DNA of 64,000 nt from Nostoc indistinguendum CM1-VF10. GTDB taxonomy: Bacteria > Cyanobacteriota > Cyanobacteriia > Cyanobacteriales > Nostocaceae. The DNA is taken from assembly GCA_019359215.1 (NCBI GenBank), contig JAHHHS010000028.1, positions 5,482 through 69,481 of the forward strand, given 5' to 3'. The stretch's first letter is position 1; every line of letters begins with the position of its first letter. The notes under the pieces are model-generated. The model did no database searches. It worked only from the letters and a program-made list of their open reading frames with translations, and was not told where the DNA came from. The translations under genes and the position numbers were made by a program. Shown one piece after another: positions 10,598 to 20,022 of this stretch.

Positions 10598-10769
10598 GGG
10601 AGTGGGGAGTAGGGAGTGGGGAGTTAGGAGTTAGAAGTTAGGAATTGGGGAGATGAGGAAGACAAGGATAATAACCAATGCCAATGCCTAATACTTAATT
10701 CCCAATACCCAATGCCCAATTCCCCATTCCCAATTCCCAATTCCCAATTCCCAATTCCCCATTCCCCAT
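10598..10769. repeat. Two STRR heptamer blocks in inverted orientation (GGGGAGT/GGAATTG then CCCAATT/CCCCATT)
   Basis: Block 1 at 10598-10651 and block 2 at 10674-10769, read directly. Block 2 creates a spurious N-terminal extension of the flv2 ORF. Confidence 0.7.
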
Positions 10770-10786
10770 TATTAACAGAGGTTATT

Positions 10787-12523
10787 ATGTCTGCTGCCAC
10801 ATTAATGCCCAACCATAGCAAAGATGTACAAGTTGTTGAAATTGGTAAAAATACTCTGATTCTACGATCGCGGACTTGGGACAGATTAAAATTTGAGGTG
10901 GAGTATTCCCGCCAACGGGGAACTACAGCGAATTCTTATCTAATTCAAGCTGATAAAAAGGCTTTAATTGACCCTCCTGGCGAATCTTTTACCGAAATTT
11001 ACCTTCAGCAACTTGCACAACATTTAGACTTTACTACCCTAGATTACATTGTTCTGGGTCATGTCAACCCAAACCGCAGCGCAACTCTGCAAGTATTGCT
11101 CTTTCAGGTTCCTCAAGCCACTATAATTTGTTCTCGCCCCGCCGCCAATGCTATCAAAACTGCCTTTCCCGAATTAGAGCCACGTATTCAAGCGGTGCGA
11201 TCGGGGGATACTCTAGATTTAGGACAAGGACATCTTCTATCATTTATCACTGTACCAACTCCCCGGTGGGCAGACGGACTTTGTACTTATGATGCTGCAA
11301 CAAAAATTCTCTACACAGATAAACTTTTTGGCGCTCATATTTGCGAAGATACTTTATTTGATGAAGATTGGAAGGGATTAGATGCGGAACGTCGTTACTA
11401 TTTTGAATGTCTCCATGCACCCCAAGCTAAACAAGTTGAAGTAGCCTTAGATAAATTGTCAGTTTTGGGAGCCAGATGTTATGCCCCAGCACATGGGCCA
11501 GTTGTCCGTTACAGCCTTAGCCGTTTTACTTATGATTACCGTCAATGGTGTCAAGGGCAAAAATCTCAAGAGTTGAGTGTCGCTTTGCTTTATGCTTCTG
11601 CTTATGGAAATACAGCAATTATGGCGAATGCGATCGCTCAAGGTTTGATCCAAAATGGAGTTAATGTAGAATCGATTAACTGCGAACTAGCAGACTCGGC
11701 GGAGATTAACCGCATTGTAGAAACTTGCGATGGCTTGATTATCGGCTCACCCACTTTAGGCGGACATGCACCTACTCAAATTCAAACTGCTTTAGGAATA
11801 GTTCTCTCGGTGGCGGCTAAAACTAAGTTAGCAGGGGTGTTTGGTTCTTACGGTTGGAGTGGCGAGGCAATAGATTTAATCGAAAGCAAGCTCAAAGATG
11901 CTAATTATCAACTAGGATTTGAAACACTTCGGGTGCGTTTCAGTCCTACTCCTGAGATTCTTCAGCAATGTCAAGAAGCAGGTGCTTTATTTGCCCAAAA
12001 CTTGAAGAAAACTAAAAAATTGCGTTCTTCCCGGCAGGTTGTGACAGAAACCCATGTAGATCGTACCGAACAAGCTGTGGGGCGGATCATTGGTTCTCTG
12101 TGTGTTGTGACAACTCGTGATGAGGAAACTCACAAAGGGGTTTTAACTTCTTGGCTATCGCAGGCAACTTTTAACCCGCCAGGAATTATGATTGCGATCG
12201 CTAACGAGCAAAATGCAGATTTAATGCATCATCCTGGTGATAAATTTGTGCTGAATATCCTTAAAGAAGGAAGAAATGTCCGACGGTATTTTTCTCGTCA
12301 TAGCACTTTAGGCGATAATCCCTTTGCAAATCTGGACACAAAAACTGCTCTTAATGGTTGTTTGATTCTGAATGAGGCATTAGCCTATTTAGAATGTACA
12401 GTGCAAAATCAGCTTGAATGTGGCGATCGATGGTTAATTTATGCCGTCATCGATCACGGTGAAGTGTTGGAAAATGAAGGTGTCACTGCTTTAGAACATC
12501 GTAAATCAGGCAGCTATTATTAA
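10787..12523 (+). CDS. flv2: Flavodiiron protein Flv2
   Basis: Same three-domain architecture as Flv4 but with a non-canonical ligand motif GHVNPNRSA, as expected for Flv2. Start placed at ATG 10787 (MSAATLMPN) because upstream codons are STRR-derived. Confidence 0.85.
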   Translation: MSAATLMPNHSKDVQVVEIGKNTLILRSRTWDRLKFEVEYSRQRGTTANSYLIQADKKALIDPPGESFTEIYLQQLAQHLDFTTLDYIVLGHVNPNRSATLQVLLFQVPQATIICSRPAANAIKTAFPELEPRIQAVRSGDTLDLGQGHLLSFITVPTPRWADGLCTYDAATKILYTDKLFGAHICEDTLFDEDWKGLDAERRYYFECLHAPQAKQVEVALDKLSVLGARCYAPAHGPVVRYSLSRFTYDYRQWCQGQKSQELSVALLYASAYGNTAIMANAIAQGLIQNGVNVESINCELADSAEINRIVETCDGLIIGSPTLGGHAPTQIQTALGIVLSVAAKTKLAGVFGSYGWSGEAIDLIESKLKDANYQLGFETLRVRFSPTPEILQQCQEAGALFAQNLKKTKKLRSSRQVVTETHVDRTEQAVGRIIGSLCVVTTRDEETHKGVLTSWLSQATFNPPGIMIAIANEQNADLMHHPGDKFVLNILKEGRNVRRYFSRHSTLGDNPFANLDTKTALNGCLILNEALAYLECTVQNQLECGDRWLIYAVIDHGEVLENEGVTALEHRKSGSYY

Positions 12524-12592
12524 TCTGACTTTTTACGGTATCTGGAAAACCTCACTTCTATTTCTCTCTCCTCTTAGGCTACGGTGTACACA

Positions 12593-12697
12593 CGAGGGCT
12601 TTCGTTCAGAACGCGAGGGCTTTCGTTCAGAACATGAGGGCTTTCGTTCAGAACACGAGGGCTTTCGTTCAGAACGCGAGGGCTTTCGTTCAGAACA
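12593..12697. repeat. Tandem repeat, 21 nt x 5 (CGAGGGCTTTCGTTCAGAACR)
   Basis: Five head-to-tail units read directly, with variation only at unit junctions. Lies between convergent flv2 and the pentapeptide gene; the last unit overlaps the latter's stop codon. Confidence 0.9.
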
Positions 12698-13034
12698 CCG
12701 CAGCACGTAGATTACTATCAGAAATAAATAAGCCAGAGAGATTAGTATCAGAAAAATTAGCTGATTGTAAGTTAACTTTCTCTAACGAAACTTTATAGTC
12801 TGCATTACAACTAAAATCAATATCACCAATTTCTGAAAATCCCGATTCTCCATGATCTTCAGATATCACAATCCATCGCATCTCTGCTTGACGTAGATCA
12901 GCACCTTGTAAATTTGCACCATCTAATTTAGCATCTGTCAGTTCAGCTTCCCTTAAATCTGCTCCAGCTAAATCAGCATTTTTTAAATCTGCACCACCTA
13001 AATCACACTTAGGACATTTTTTAGTTGTCAGCAA
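12690..13034 (-). CDS. Pentapeptide repeat protein (see finding: upstream lipoprotein signal peptide interrupted by an in-frame TGA)
   Basis: 114-aa ORF from TTG with runs of A(D/N)LxG pentapeptides (ADLKNADLAGADLREAELTDAKLDGANLQGADLRQA). Confidence 0.75.
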   Translation of the reverse strand: MLTTKKCPKCDLGGADLKNADLAGADLREAELTDAKLDGANLQGADLRQAEMRWIVISEDHGESGFSEIGDIDFSCNADYKVSLEKVNLQSANFSDTNLSGLFISDSNLRAAVF

Positions 13035-13295
13035 CTGCTTTATTTGATTGAGATTTGCAGTTCTTTTAGCCTCACAATCTGTACAACCAGAAATAAAACT
13101 AATTCATAGAACTGATGCAATTAGTTTTTTTAATTTCATATAGATATTCAATTATGAATTATCAATTATTTTGATACAAAGAGATTTTTCAGGAACTTTA
13201 CCCATTATCGGCGAATCTTAGTGCCAGTCCCCCATACCCAATATCGTGATCTAAGATTGTTGGGTATTCTATAAATTGCGATCGCCACTATACCG

Positions 13296-14300
13296 ATGAT
13301 CGAAGTTGAACATTTAAGTAAAATATACGGTTCCACCCCAGCGATTACTGATGTCACTTTTAGCGTCGAACCTGGGGAGATTTTAGGGTTATTGGGCCCC
13401 AATGGCGCTGGTAAAACCACAACCATGAGGATTCTGGCTGGTTATTTACCGGCAACTAATGGAAATGCCCGGATTGCTGGTTATGATGTCCATGAAAATT
13501 CCCTAGCTGTACGCCAACGCATTGGTTATTTACCGGAAACACCGCCCTTATATCCAGACATGACGGTGGAAGGATTTTTGCATTTTGTCGCCCGAATTAA
13601 GGGAGTATCAGCAGGCGATCGCCCCAACAAGGTAACAGCCGCTATCGAACGCTGCAACTTAGAAGATAAGCGGCGGGTGATTATTCGCAAACTCTCTAAA
13701 GGATACCGCCAAAGAGTAGGAATTGCTCAAGCGATCGTCCACGATCCACCAGCGATCATTTTGGATGAACCCACCGTTGGACTCGATCCCCGACAAATAA
13801 TTGAGGTGCGGAATTTAATCAAAAGCCTTGCTGGTACTCACACAATTATTCTTTCTACGCACATTTTGCCAGAAGTGAGCATGACTTGTAGCCGCGTCGC
13901 CATCATCAATCGCGGCAAAGTTGTGGCCACTAATACACCAGAAAACTTGATGACTCAGTTGACAGGTGGTTCAGGGTATGAATTGGAAATAGAAGGAGAA
14001 GCTGCCCTAGCGAAACAAGTATTGCAAAATGTCGCGGGTGTGAGTCTGATAGAATCAATTTCCACAGCCGGAGGTCATCAACCCCAGGAAAACCGCGCTT
14101 ACCTGCGGGTAATATCGCAACCGGGAAAAGAACCAGGAAAGGATATTGTTGCAACATTAGTGCGTGCAGGCTTTGGCTTACATGAATTGAAGCGAGTTAA
14201 CGCCACCTTAGAGGATGTATTCTTGCAACTAACCACAGAAGAAAAGAATTTCGAGACTGAGGTAGACTTAGCAGCAGACAAAGAAGGAGAAGCAGCATAA
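13296..14300 (+). CDS. ABC transporter ATP-binding protein (ABC-2 / GldA-like)
   Basis: Walker A GPNGAGKTT, signature LSKGYRQR, Walker B IILDEPT. First gene of an ATPase-permease-GldG-DUF4340 cluster. Confidence 0.9.
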   Translation: MIEVEHLSKIYGSTPAITDVTFSVEPGEILGLLGPNGAGKTTTMRILAGYLPATNGNARIAGYDVHENSLAVRQRIGYLPETPPLYPDMTVEGFLHFVARIKGVSAGDRPNKVTAAIERCNLEDKRRVIIRKLSKGYRQRVGIAQAIVHDPPAIILDEPTVGLDPRQIIEVRNLIKSLAGTHTIILSTHILPEVSMTCSRVAIINRGKVVATNTPENLMTQLTGGSGYELEIEGEAALAKQVLQNVAGVSLIESISTAGGHQPQENRAYLRVISQPGKEPGKDIVATLVRAGFGLHELKRVNATLEDVFLQLTTEEKNFETEVDLAADKEGEAA

Positions 14301-15113
14301 ATGGGTGTAGTGCTGAGTAATATTATTGCCATTTATCGCCGAGAGTTACAGAGTTATTTTGTATCGCCTTTAGCTTATGCGATCGCAGGCATATTTTGGT
14401 TCATCGCCGGGTTATTCTTCGTGATGATTTTGCTAGGGCCAGATGGCATTTTGCTAGGAGTCGCGGCAATAGATGCACAAGGGCAACAACTGGGAGTGCC
14501 AACACCGCCGATAGATGTCCCCTACGAATTTATCCGGGCATTCTTGGATCGCATGGGTTGGCTATTGTTATTTATCCTGCCAATTCTCTCGATGGGACTC
14601 TATGCCGAAGAACGTAAGCGCGGCACTTTAGAACTATTAGCTACATCACCAATCACCAATTGGGCGGTAGCTATAGGTAAGTTATTAGGTGTGCTGACAT
14701 TTTTTACTACGATGGTTGTACCCATGCTAGTGTTAGAAGCGATCGCAATCAGTGGATCAAATCCACCAATAGCGTTCTCAATTCCCTTGCTGGGTCATTT
14801 TGGATTAATCTTGCTAGCAGCAGCAATTTTATCTGTAGGAATGTTTATTTCTTCATTAACAGACAGCACAATTCTGTCTGCCGTCTTCACCTTTGCAGTA
14901 ATTTTATTATTGTTATTGATTGATTTAATCGCCAAAATTGTCCCTAGCCCCGTGGGCGAAGCATTAGGTTATCTGTCGTTACTGAAACATTACAACACTT
15001 TAATTCAAGGGATTTTTGATACCAGCGCCTTAATTTTATTCGCCAGTTACATTTTTTTGGGCATTTTTCTGACCGCTCAATCAATTGATGCACTGCGCTT
15101 TCAAAGGCAATAG
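14301..15113 (+). CDS. ABC-2 type transporter permease (GldF-like)
   Basis: 270 aa with about 6 hydrophobic helices. The ATG abuts the ATPase stop codon. Confidence 0.8.
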   Translation: MGVVLSNIIAIYRRELQSYFVSPLAYAIAGIFWFIAGLFFVMILLGPDGILLGVAAIDAQGQQLGVPTPPIDVPYEFIRAFLDRMGWLLLFILPILSMGLYAEERKRGTLELLATSPITNWAVAIGKLLGVLTFFTTMVVPMLVLEAIAISGSNPPIAFSIPLLGHFGLILLAAAILSVGMFISSLTDSTILSAVFTFAVILLLLLIDLIAKIVPSPVGEALGYLSLLKHYNTLIQGIFDTSALILFASYIFLGIFLTAQSIDALRFQRQ

Positions 15114-15217
15114 TACCGCATGGCGGAAGTCAAAAGTCAAAAGTCAAAAGTCAAAAAGCTTATAGAGCAGAGTTTTTGACCATTTGAAATGGGTGGTTTA
15201 TTTACGCTGTACTGTAG
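15110..15217 (+). mobile_element. MITE-like dispersed element, copy A (CTAGTACCGCAAGG..AAGTCAAAAG(n)..ATTTGAAATGG..TTTATTTACGC..GTACTAG family)
   Basis: Ends tagtaccgca.. / ..gctgtactgtag are inverted. Internal AAGTCAA heptamer run. The terminal TAG is the permease stop codon. Related copies at 19490, 35693, 53392 and 57095. Confidence 0.65.
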
Positions 15218-15313
15218 TAGTTATATAAGTTATGAATAAAAAGTTAGGAGTGAGGAGTTCAAACTTATAACTCATAATTCCTAACTCCTGACTCCTCACT
15301 TTAGTCTAATAAT

Positions 15314-16990
15314 ATGAAGATAGTTGCAAAAAATAAACTGTGGAAATATCTGTTTTGGTTGGGCCCGTTCCTTATTGCTGTCGGCTTAACAATTGGGTTA
15401 GTGTCTGAACAGTGGGGACTAATTACATTAGCATTTTTGATTACAGGAATTGTGATCAGTGGATTGGGGATAATATGGCAAAGCTACCAGAGTAGTTGGT
15501 GGAAACGTCGTTCTACACAAGCTGGGACTAATGCCTTGGTGGCAACTCTGGCAGTGTTGGCAATTTTAGGATTGATTAACTTTTTGGGAACTCGTTATCA
15601 CTTGCGGGCAGACTTAACAGAAAGTCAATTGTTTACTCTTGCGCCCCAGTCACGGGAACTAGTGAGGGCTTTGCCACAGGCAGTTAAAGTGTGGGTGTTT
15701 GATATTAACCAAAATCCCCAAGACCGAGAACTGCTTGAAAATTATCAGAGACAAAGCTCAAAATTTCAATTTGAGTACATCGACCCGCAAGCTAGACCAG
15801 GACTTGCAGAAAAGTTTGGTGTCAAAGATTACGGAGAAGTTTACTTAGAATCTGGCGATAAACGGCAATTAGTGCAAACAGTAAATCAAAATGAGCGCTT
15901 GTCAGAAATCAGATTAACTAGTCGCCTGCAACAACTAACAAGTTCAACCACAGCCAAAGCTTATTTACTTCAAGGTCATGGTGAACGTCAACTTTCTGCT
16001 GGTAAAGGTGCAATATCACAAGCGGTTCAGGGATTAGGCGACAAAAATTTTACAACATCACCGTTAAATTTAGGAGAAACTTCCAAAGTTCCTCAAGATG
16101 CTGCTGTAGTGATAGTGGCTGGCCCCAAGCGAGGGCTGTTTGAAGGCGAAGTCAAAGCTTTGCAAGAGTATCTTAATCGCGGTGGTAATTTACTGCTGAT
16201 GATTGATCCTAATACCGATCCCAAGATTGACAGCTTGCTAAAAGAGTGGGGTGTTCGTTTAGATAATCGTTTAGCAGTCGATATCTCTAGCGAAAGCGTG
16301 GTAGGACTTGGTCCTGCTGCACCCTTAGTCACAGAATATGGAGAACATCCCATTACCAAAGATTTCGGTAACGGTAATTCTTTTTATCCGGTTGCCCAAC
16401 CACTGGAAATTACCTCTGTGCCTGGTGTTCAGGCTACTCCACTGCTACGAACCAAACCCTATCCCAGCAGCTGGGCAGAAAGCGACCTCCAAAGCGAAAA
16501 GTTGGAGTTTAATGAGGGTAAAGACCTCAAAGGGCCTCTAACCTTGGGCGTTGCCTTAACAAGAAAACAATCACCCAAATCTGCTTCCACTCCTCAAGCT
16601 ACACCGACACCTTCACCCCTACCATCACCAACCACTCAAAGCAAGGCTTCCCCCACTCCCCCTGCTCCCTCTGCCTCCCCTGCTCCGACTCCTTCCCCCA
16701 CTCCCTCATCTCAAACAACCACCGAGTCCCGTTTAGTGGTTTTAGGAAATTCTGATTTCGCCACCGATGGCTTGTTTCAACAGCAATTAAATGGAGATGT
16801 ATTCCTCAACTCAGTTACTTGGCTGAGTCAACAAGATCAACAACCCCTCTCCATTCGCCCCAAAGAACCGAAAAATCGTCGGATAACCCTAACAACCGCA
16901 CAAGGCAATCTTTTAATATTGTCATCTCTGTTGCTTTTACCTTTAATTGGGTTTACGATCGCAGTTATTATCTGGTGGAAACGACGATAA
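15314..16990 (+). CDS. GldG-like ABC-transport auxiliary protein
   Basis: 558 aa. N- and C-terminal TM anchors, large extracytoplasmic domain, Pro/Ser/Thr-rich linker (TPTPSPLPSPTT..PAPTPSPTPS). Gene context with ABC-2 ATPase and permease. Confidence 0.75.
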   Translation: MKIVAKNKLWKYLFWLGPFLIAVGLTIGLVSEQWGLITLAFLITGIVISGLGIIWQSYQSSWWKRRSTQAGTNALVATLAVLAILGLINFLGTRYHLRADLTESQLFTLAPQSRELVRALPQAVKVWVFDINQNPQDRELLENYQRQSSKFQFEYIDPQARPGLAEKFGVKDYGEVYLESGDKRQLVQTVNQNERLSEIRLTSRLQQLTSSTTAKAYLLQGHGERQLSAGKGAISQAVQGLGDKNFTTSPLNLGETSKVPQDAAVVIVAGPKRGLFEGEVKALQEYLNRGGNLLLMIDPNTDPKIDSLLKEWGVRLDNRLAVDISSESVVGLGPAAPLVTEYGEHPITKDFGNGNSFYPVAQPLEITSVPGVQATPLLRTKPYPSSWAESDLQSEKLEFNEGKDLKGPLTLGVALTRKQSPKSASTPQATPTPSPLPSPTTQSKASPTPPAPSASPAPTPSPTPSSQTTTESRLVVLGNSDFATDGLFQQQLNGDVFLNSVTWLSQQDQQPLSIRPKEPKNRRITLTTAQGNLLILSSLLLLPLIGFTIAVIIWWKRR

Positions 16991-17067
16991 GAAAAAAGTT
17001 AGGAATTAGGAGTTATGAATACTAACTCTTTACCAATGACAAATGACAAATGACAAATGACTAAAAA

Positions 17068-17691
17068 ATGAAATTGCCGAGAACGACTTTAATTTTGATA
17101 CTGCTAACGCTGGGTTTAGGTGGTTTTGTTTACTTCTATGAAATTCGGGGTGCGACTGTACGAGAAGAAATAAAGGAGCAAAAGCAGCAAATTTTCTCTT
17201 TTGCAGAAGATGATGTGCAGTCTTTAACAGTCACGACAAAAAAACTCACTCTGAATCTGGAACGTAACCCTGAATCTAGTAACCCTAAGTGGCTAATCAA
17301 ATCTCCGGTATCGGGCCCAGCAAATGATGCTATTGTTTCTTATTTAATGGATTTGTTGGTCAAGGGTAACAGCGATCAAACCTTATCAACTCCAGTAAAA
17401 GAGCTTGGAGAATTTGCCTTAGATCAACCCCAAGCAACTATTAATATCACCCTAAAAAACCGACAAAGCCATCAGTTGATTTTAGGAAAATCTAACTTTA
17501 ACGGACGTTTCTTGTACGCTCAAGCTGACCCAGCTACTAAACCTGATGGAAATATAAATGTGCTGTTGGTATCTACAGATTTTGCAAATGCCGTGAATCG
17601 GGAACTATTAGAGTGGAAACAACCTGTAGATAATGGTCAGAAACTTCCTCCACTCACCATTCCTAAACCGACTCCGAAAAACAGCAAATAA
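17068..17691 (+). CDS. DUF4340-like protein with N-terminal membrane anchor
   Basis: 207 aa with N-terminal TM. Position directly after the GldG-like gene is typical of DUF4340 partners. Confidence 0.6.
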   Translation: MKLPRTTLILILLTLGLGGFVYFYEIRGATVREEIKEQKQQIFSFAEDDVQSLTVTTKKLTLNLERNPESSNPKWLIKSPVSGPANDAIVSYLMDLLVKGNSDQTLSTPVKELGEFALDQPQATINITLKNRQSHQLILGKSNFNGRFLYAQADPATKPDGNINVLLVSTDFANAVNRELLEWKQPVDNGQKLPPLTIPKPTPKNSK

Positions 17692-17717
17692 TTAATTCAA
17701 AATCTGGTGATATTATT

Positions 17718-18572
17718 ATGACAAATCCGACAGCAACATTGCTGATTTCTTGCCCCGATCAACGGGGACTGGTGGCAAAATTTGCCAATTTCATCTATTC
17801 TAATGGTGGTAATATTATCCATGCAGATCAGCATACAGATTTTGCTGCTGGATTATTCCTTACCCGGATTGAATGGCAGTTAGATGGGTTCAATTTGCCG
17901 CGAGAATTTATTGCTCCGGCTTTTAATGCGATCGCACAACCTTTAGGAGCTAAGTGGGAAATACGTTTTTCTGATACAGTGCCACGCATTGCTATTTGGG
18001 TAAGTCGGCAAGACCATTGTCTATTTGATTTAATTTGGCGACAACGCGCTAAAGAATTTATTGCTGAAATTCCTTTAATTATTAGTAACCATTCTAATTT
18101 AAAGGTAGTTGCAGAGCAATTTAATATTGACTTCCAGCAGATTCCCATCAATAAAGATAATAAAGCAGAACAAGAAACCCAACAACTAGAATTATTACGC
18201 AAGTACAAAATAGATTTAGTTGTATTGGCTAAATATATGCAGATTGTTAGTGCAGATTTTATTAGTCAATTTCCGCAAATTATTAATATACATCATTCAT
18301 TTTTACCAGCTTTTATCGGTGCAAACCCTTATCACCGAGCTTTTGAACGTGGTGTGAAAATTATTGGTGCAACTGCTCATTATGCCACTGCTGATCTAGA
18401 TGCAGGGCCAATTATTGAACAGGATGTAGTGCGAGTTAGCCACCGCGATGAAGTTGATGATTTGGTGAGAAAAGGCAAAGATTTGGAGAGAGTTGTATTA
18501 GCAAGAGCGGTGCGATCGCACTTGCAAAATCGTGTATTAGTCTATGGTAATAGGACAGTGGTATTTGAGTAA
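17718..18572 (+). CDS. purU: Formyltetrahydrofolate deformylase
   Basis: 284 aa. N-terminal ACT-like region (LLISCPDQRGLVAKF) and formyltransferase core (NIHHSFLPAF, GATAHY..DLDAGPII). Confidence 0.9.
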   Translation: MTNPTATLLISCPDQRGLVAKFANFIYSNGGNIIHADQHTDFAAGLFLTRIEWQLDGFNLPREFIAPAFNAIAQPLGAKWEIRFSDTVPRIAIWVSRQDHCLFDLIWRQRAKEFIAEIPLIISNHSNLKVVAEQFNIDFQQIPINKDNKAEQETQQLELLRKYKIDLVVLAKYMQIVSADFISQFPQIINIHHSFLPAFIGANPYHRAFERGVKIIGATAHYATADLDAGPIIEQDVVRVSHRDEVDDLVRKGKDLERVVLARAVRSHLQNRVLVYGNRTVVFE

Positions 18573-18775
18573 TCTGCTAAAGCCGCAAAATACGTCGGTA
18601 AGGGCAGGCATTGCCGTGCCCGTACAGCATGGTCTATTTACGTAGTTTACCGCCGTAGGCATCACAGGATAATTGAGAAAAGCCTGGAAACTTCCTCAAG
18701 CTTGTTAATTCACATTACAATGCATTTGTACAGTGCCTAAGTCGTAATTTAGAACTAATTAGGAACCAAACTGTA

Positions 18776-19441
18776 CTAATATCGCTTGATAGCTAAAGTT
18801 AGTCCATCGGCGATGGGGACAAGAGAGAGAGTAACCCGTTCGTCATGATGTAACTTCTCGTTGAGTGCCCGAATTGATTGGGTGCTTTCATCTTGATTTT
18901 GCGGATCAGCAACTTGTCCTGACCATAAAACATTATCAATAGCAATCAATCCACCTGGACGAATTAATTTCAGCGAACGCTCATAATATCCATCATAATT
19001 TTCTTTATCAGCATCAATAAAAGCAAAATCAAATGTCTCTGCTTTCCCAGTTGCCAACAAATGATCTAAAGTTTCCAAAGCTGGTGCCAATCGCAGATCG
19101 ATTTTATCGGCAACCCTGGCTTCTTGCCAATACCGCCGGGCGATCGCAGTAAATTCTTCACTCACATCAGCAGCGATAATCTTGCCATCATCAGGAAGCG
19201 CTAAGGCAACTGAGAGTGAGCTATAACCAGTAAATACACCAACTTCCAAGGTTTTCTTCGCTCCAATGAGCTGTACCAGCAGTCTCATAAACTGCCCTTG
19301 TTCTGGTGAAATCTGCATTGTGCCTCTGGGATGGCTGGCGGTTTCTTGGCGCAATTTCAAAAGAATCTCCGGTTCTCGTAGCGAAACGGACAAAAGGTAA
19401 TTATAGAGTTGGTTATCAAGACCTATAGACTGTTTTGGCAT
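18776..19441 (-). CDS. Class I SAM-dependent O-methyltransferase (caffeoyl-CoA OMT-like, family 3)
   Basis: 221 aa. LEVGVFTGYS SAM-binding motif, FDFAFIDADKENY and GGLIAIDNVLW motifs. Confidence 0.85.
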   Translation of the reverse strand: MPKQSIGLDNQLYNYLLSVSLREPEILLKLRQETASHPRGTMQISPEQGQFMRLLVQLIGAKKTLEVGVFTGYSSLSVALALPDDGKIIAADVSEEFTAIARRYWQEARVADKIDLRLAPALETLDHLLATGKAETFDFAFIDADKENYDGYYERSLKLIRPGGLIAIDNVLWSGQVADPQNQDESTQSIRALNEKLHHDERVTLSLVPIADGLTLAIKRY

Positions 19442-19489
19442 GGTAGATGACAGACTTGGAAGAATCTACAGTTATACTATCGCCAAATA

Positions 19490-19579
19490 CTAGTACCGCA
19501 AGGCGGAAGTCAAAAGTATTATGGAATAAGCTGTTTAGCACTTTTTAATAGTCTGCCTATTTCCCCCGTCCTGTACTAC
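19490..19579 (+). mobile_element. MITE-like dispersed element, copy B
   Basis: ctagtaccgcaaggcggaagtcaaaag ... cctgtactac. Same termini as copy A. Confidence 0.6.
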
Positions 19580-19907
19580 CTACCATCTCAATTAACAAAA
19601 CTTGAGGCTTAAGCTAAAAACAAAGGGAATTAAGGACTGTACAAGAAAAATTTTCATATATTCTGGTGTATAAAGTTTATGAGCAATTAGGAAATTTAAA
19701 AACCTGCCAAAATGGCAACCAGACTCTGATTAACCAAGTTAAATTGTACAAAGATAAACGACTTCAAGGGTTTTGTTATCAGGGGCTACCACCTAAGTAA
19801 ATTCCTCTTGTAAAACACTATCTACTAAGTGATTTACAAAAATAACTATTTCTACTAATTATTAGCAGAGGATTTTTCTAGGCAAATAAATATTAATAAT
19901 TAGGTTT

Positions 19908-20022
19908 GGCATTTGCTGCAACAGGAATATTAAATGCGTATGGGCGTTGTTGAAGTACGCATTAGCCCCCAAATAATGGGCAACGTCTGTATACATTCCT
20001 GTTCACTTCAGTAGCAAATGGC
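19908..20022. repeat. 115-nt palindromic element (possible MITE or structured RNA)
   Basis: Arms ggcatttgctgcaacaggaat / attcctgtt..agcaaatggc. Nested 8-bp palindrome aatgcgta..tacgcatt. Confidence 0.5.

Noticed and set aside
10624-10821. ORF 10624-10821 (-) and the N-terminal extension of the flv2 ORF from 10712.
   Set aside because: Both translations ([17 protein letters not shown].. and [15 protein letters not shown]..) are simply in-frame readings of heptamer STRR tracts. The conserved Flv2 sequence starts at ATG 10787.
13104-13106. Selenocysteine or programmed recoding at the in-frame TGA of the pentapeptide lipoprotein gene.
   Set aside because: No SECIS-like hairpin is evident just downstream, and a Sec residue in a signal-peptide core has no rationale. 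Nonsense mutation, sequencing error or downstream restart are more parsimonious.
17828-18208. Antisense ORFs inside purU (17828-18208), recN (39230-39640), mutL (41914-42189, 43264-43482) and other well-supported genes.
   Set aside because: They lie opposite genes with strong family motifs. No independent support exists.
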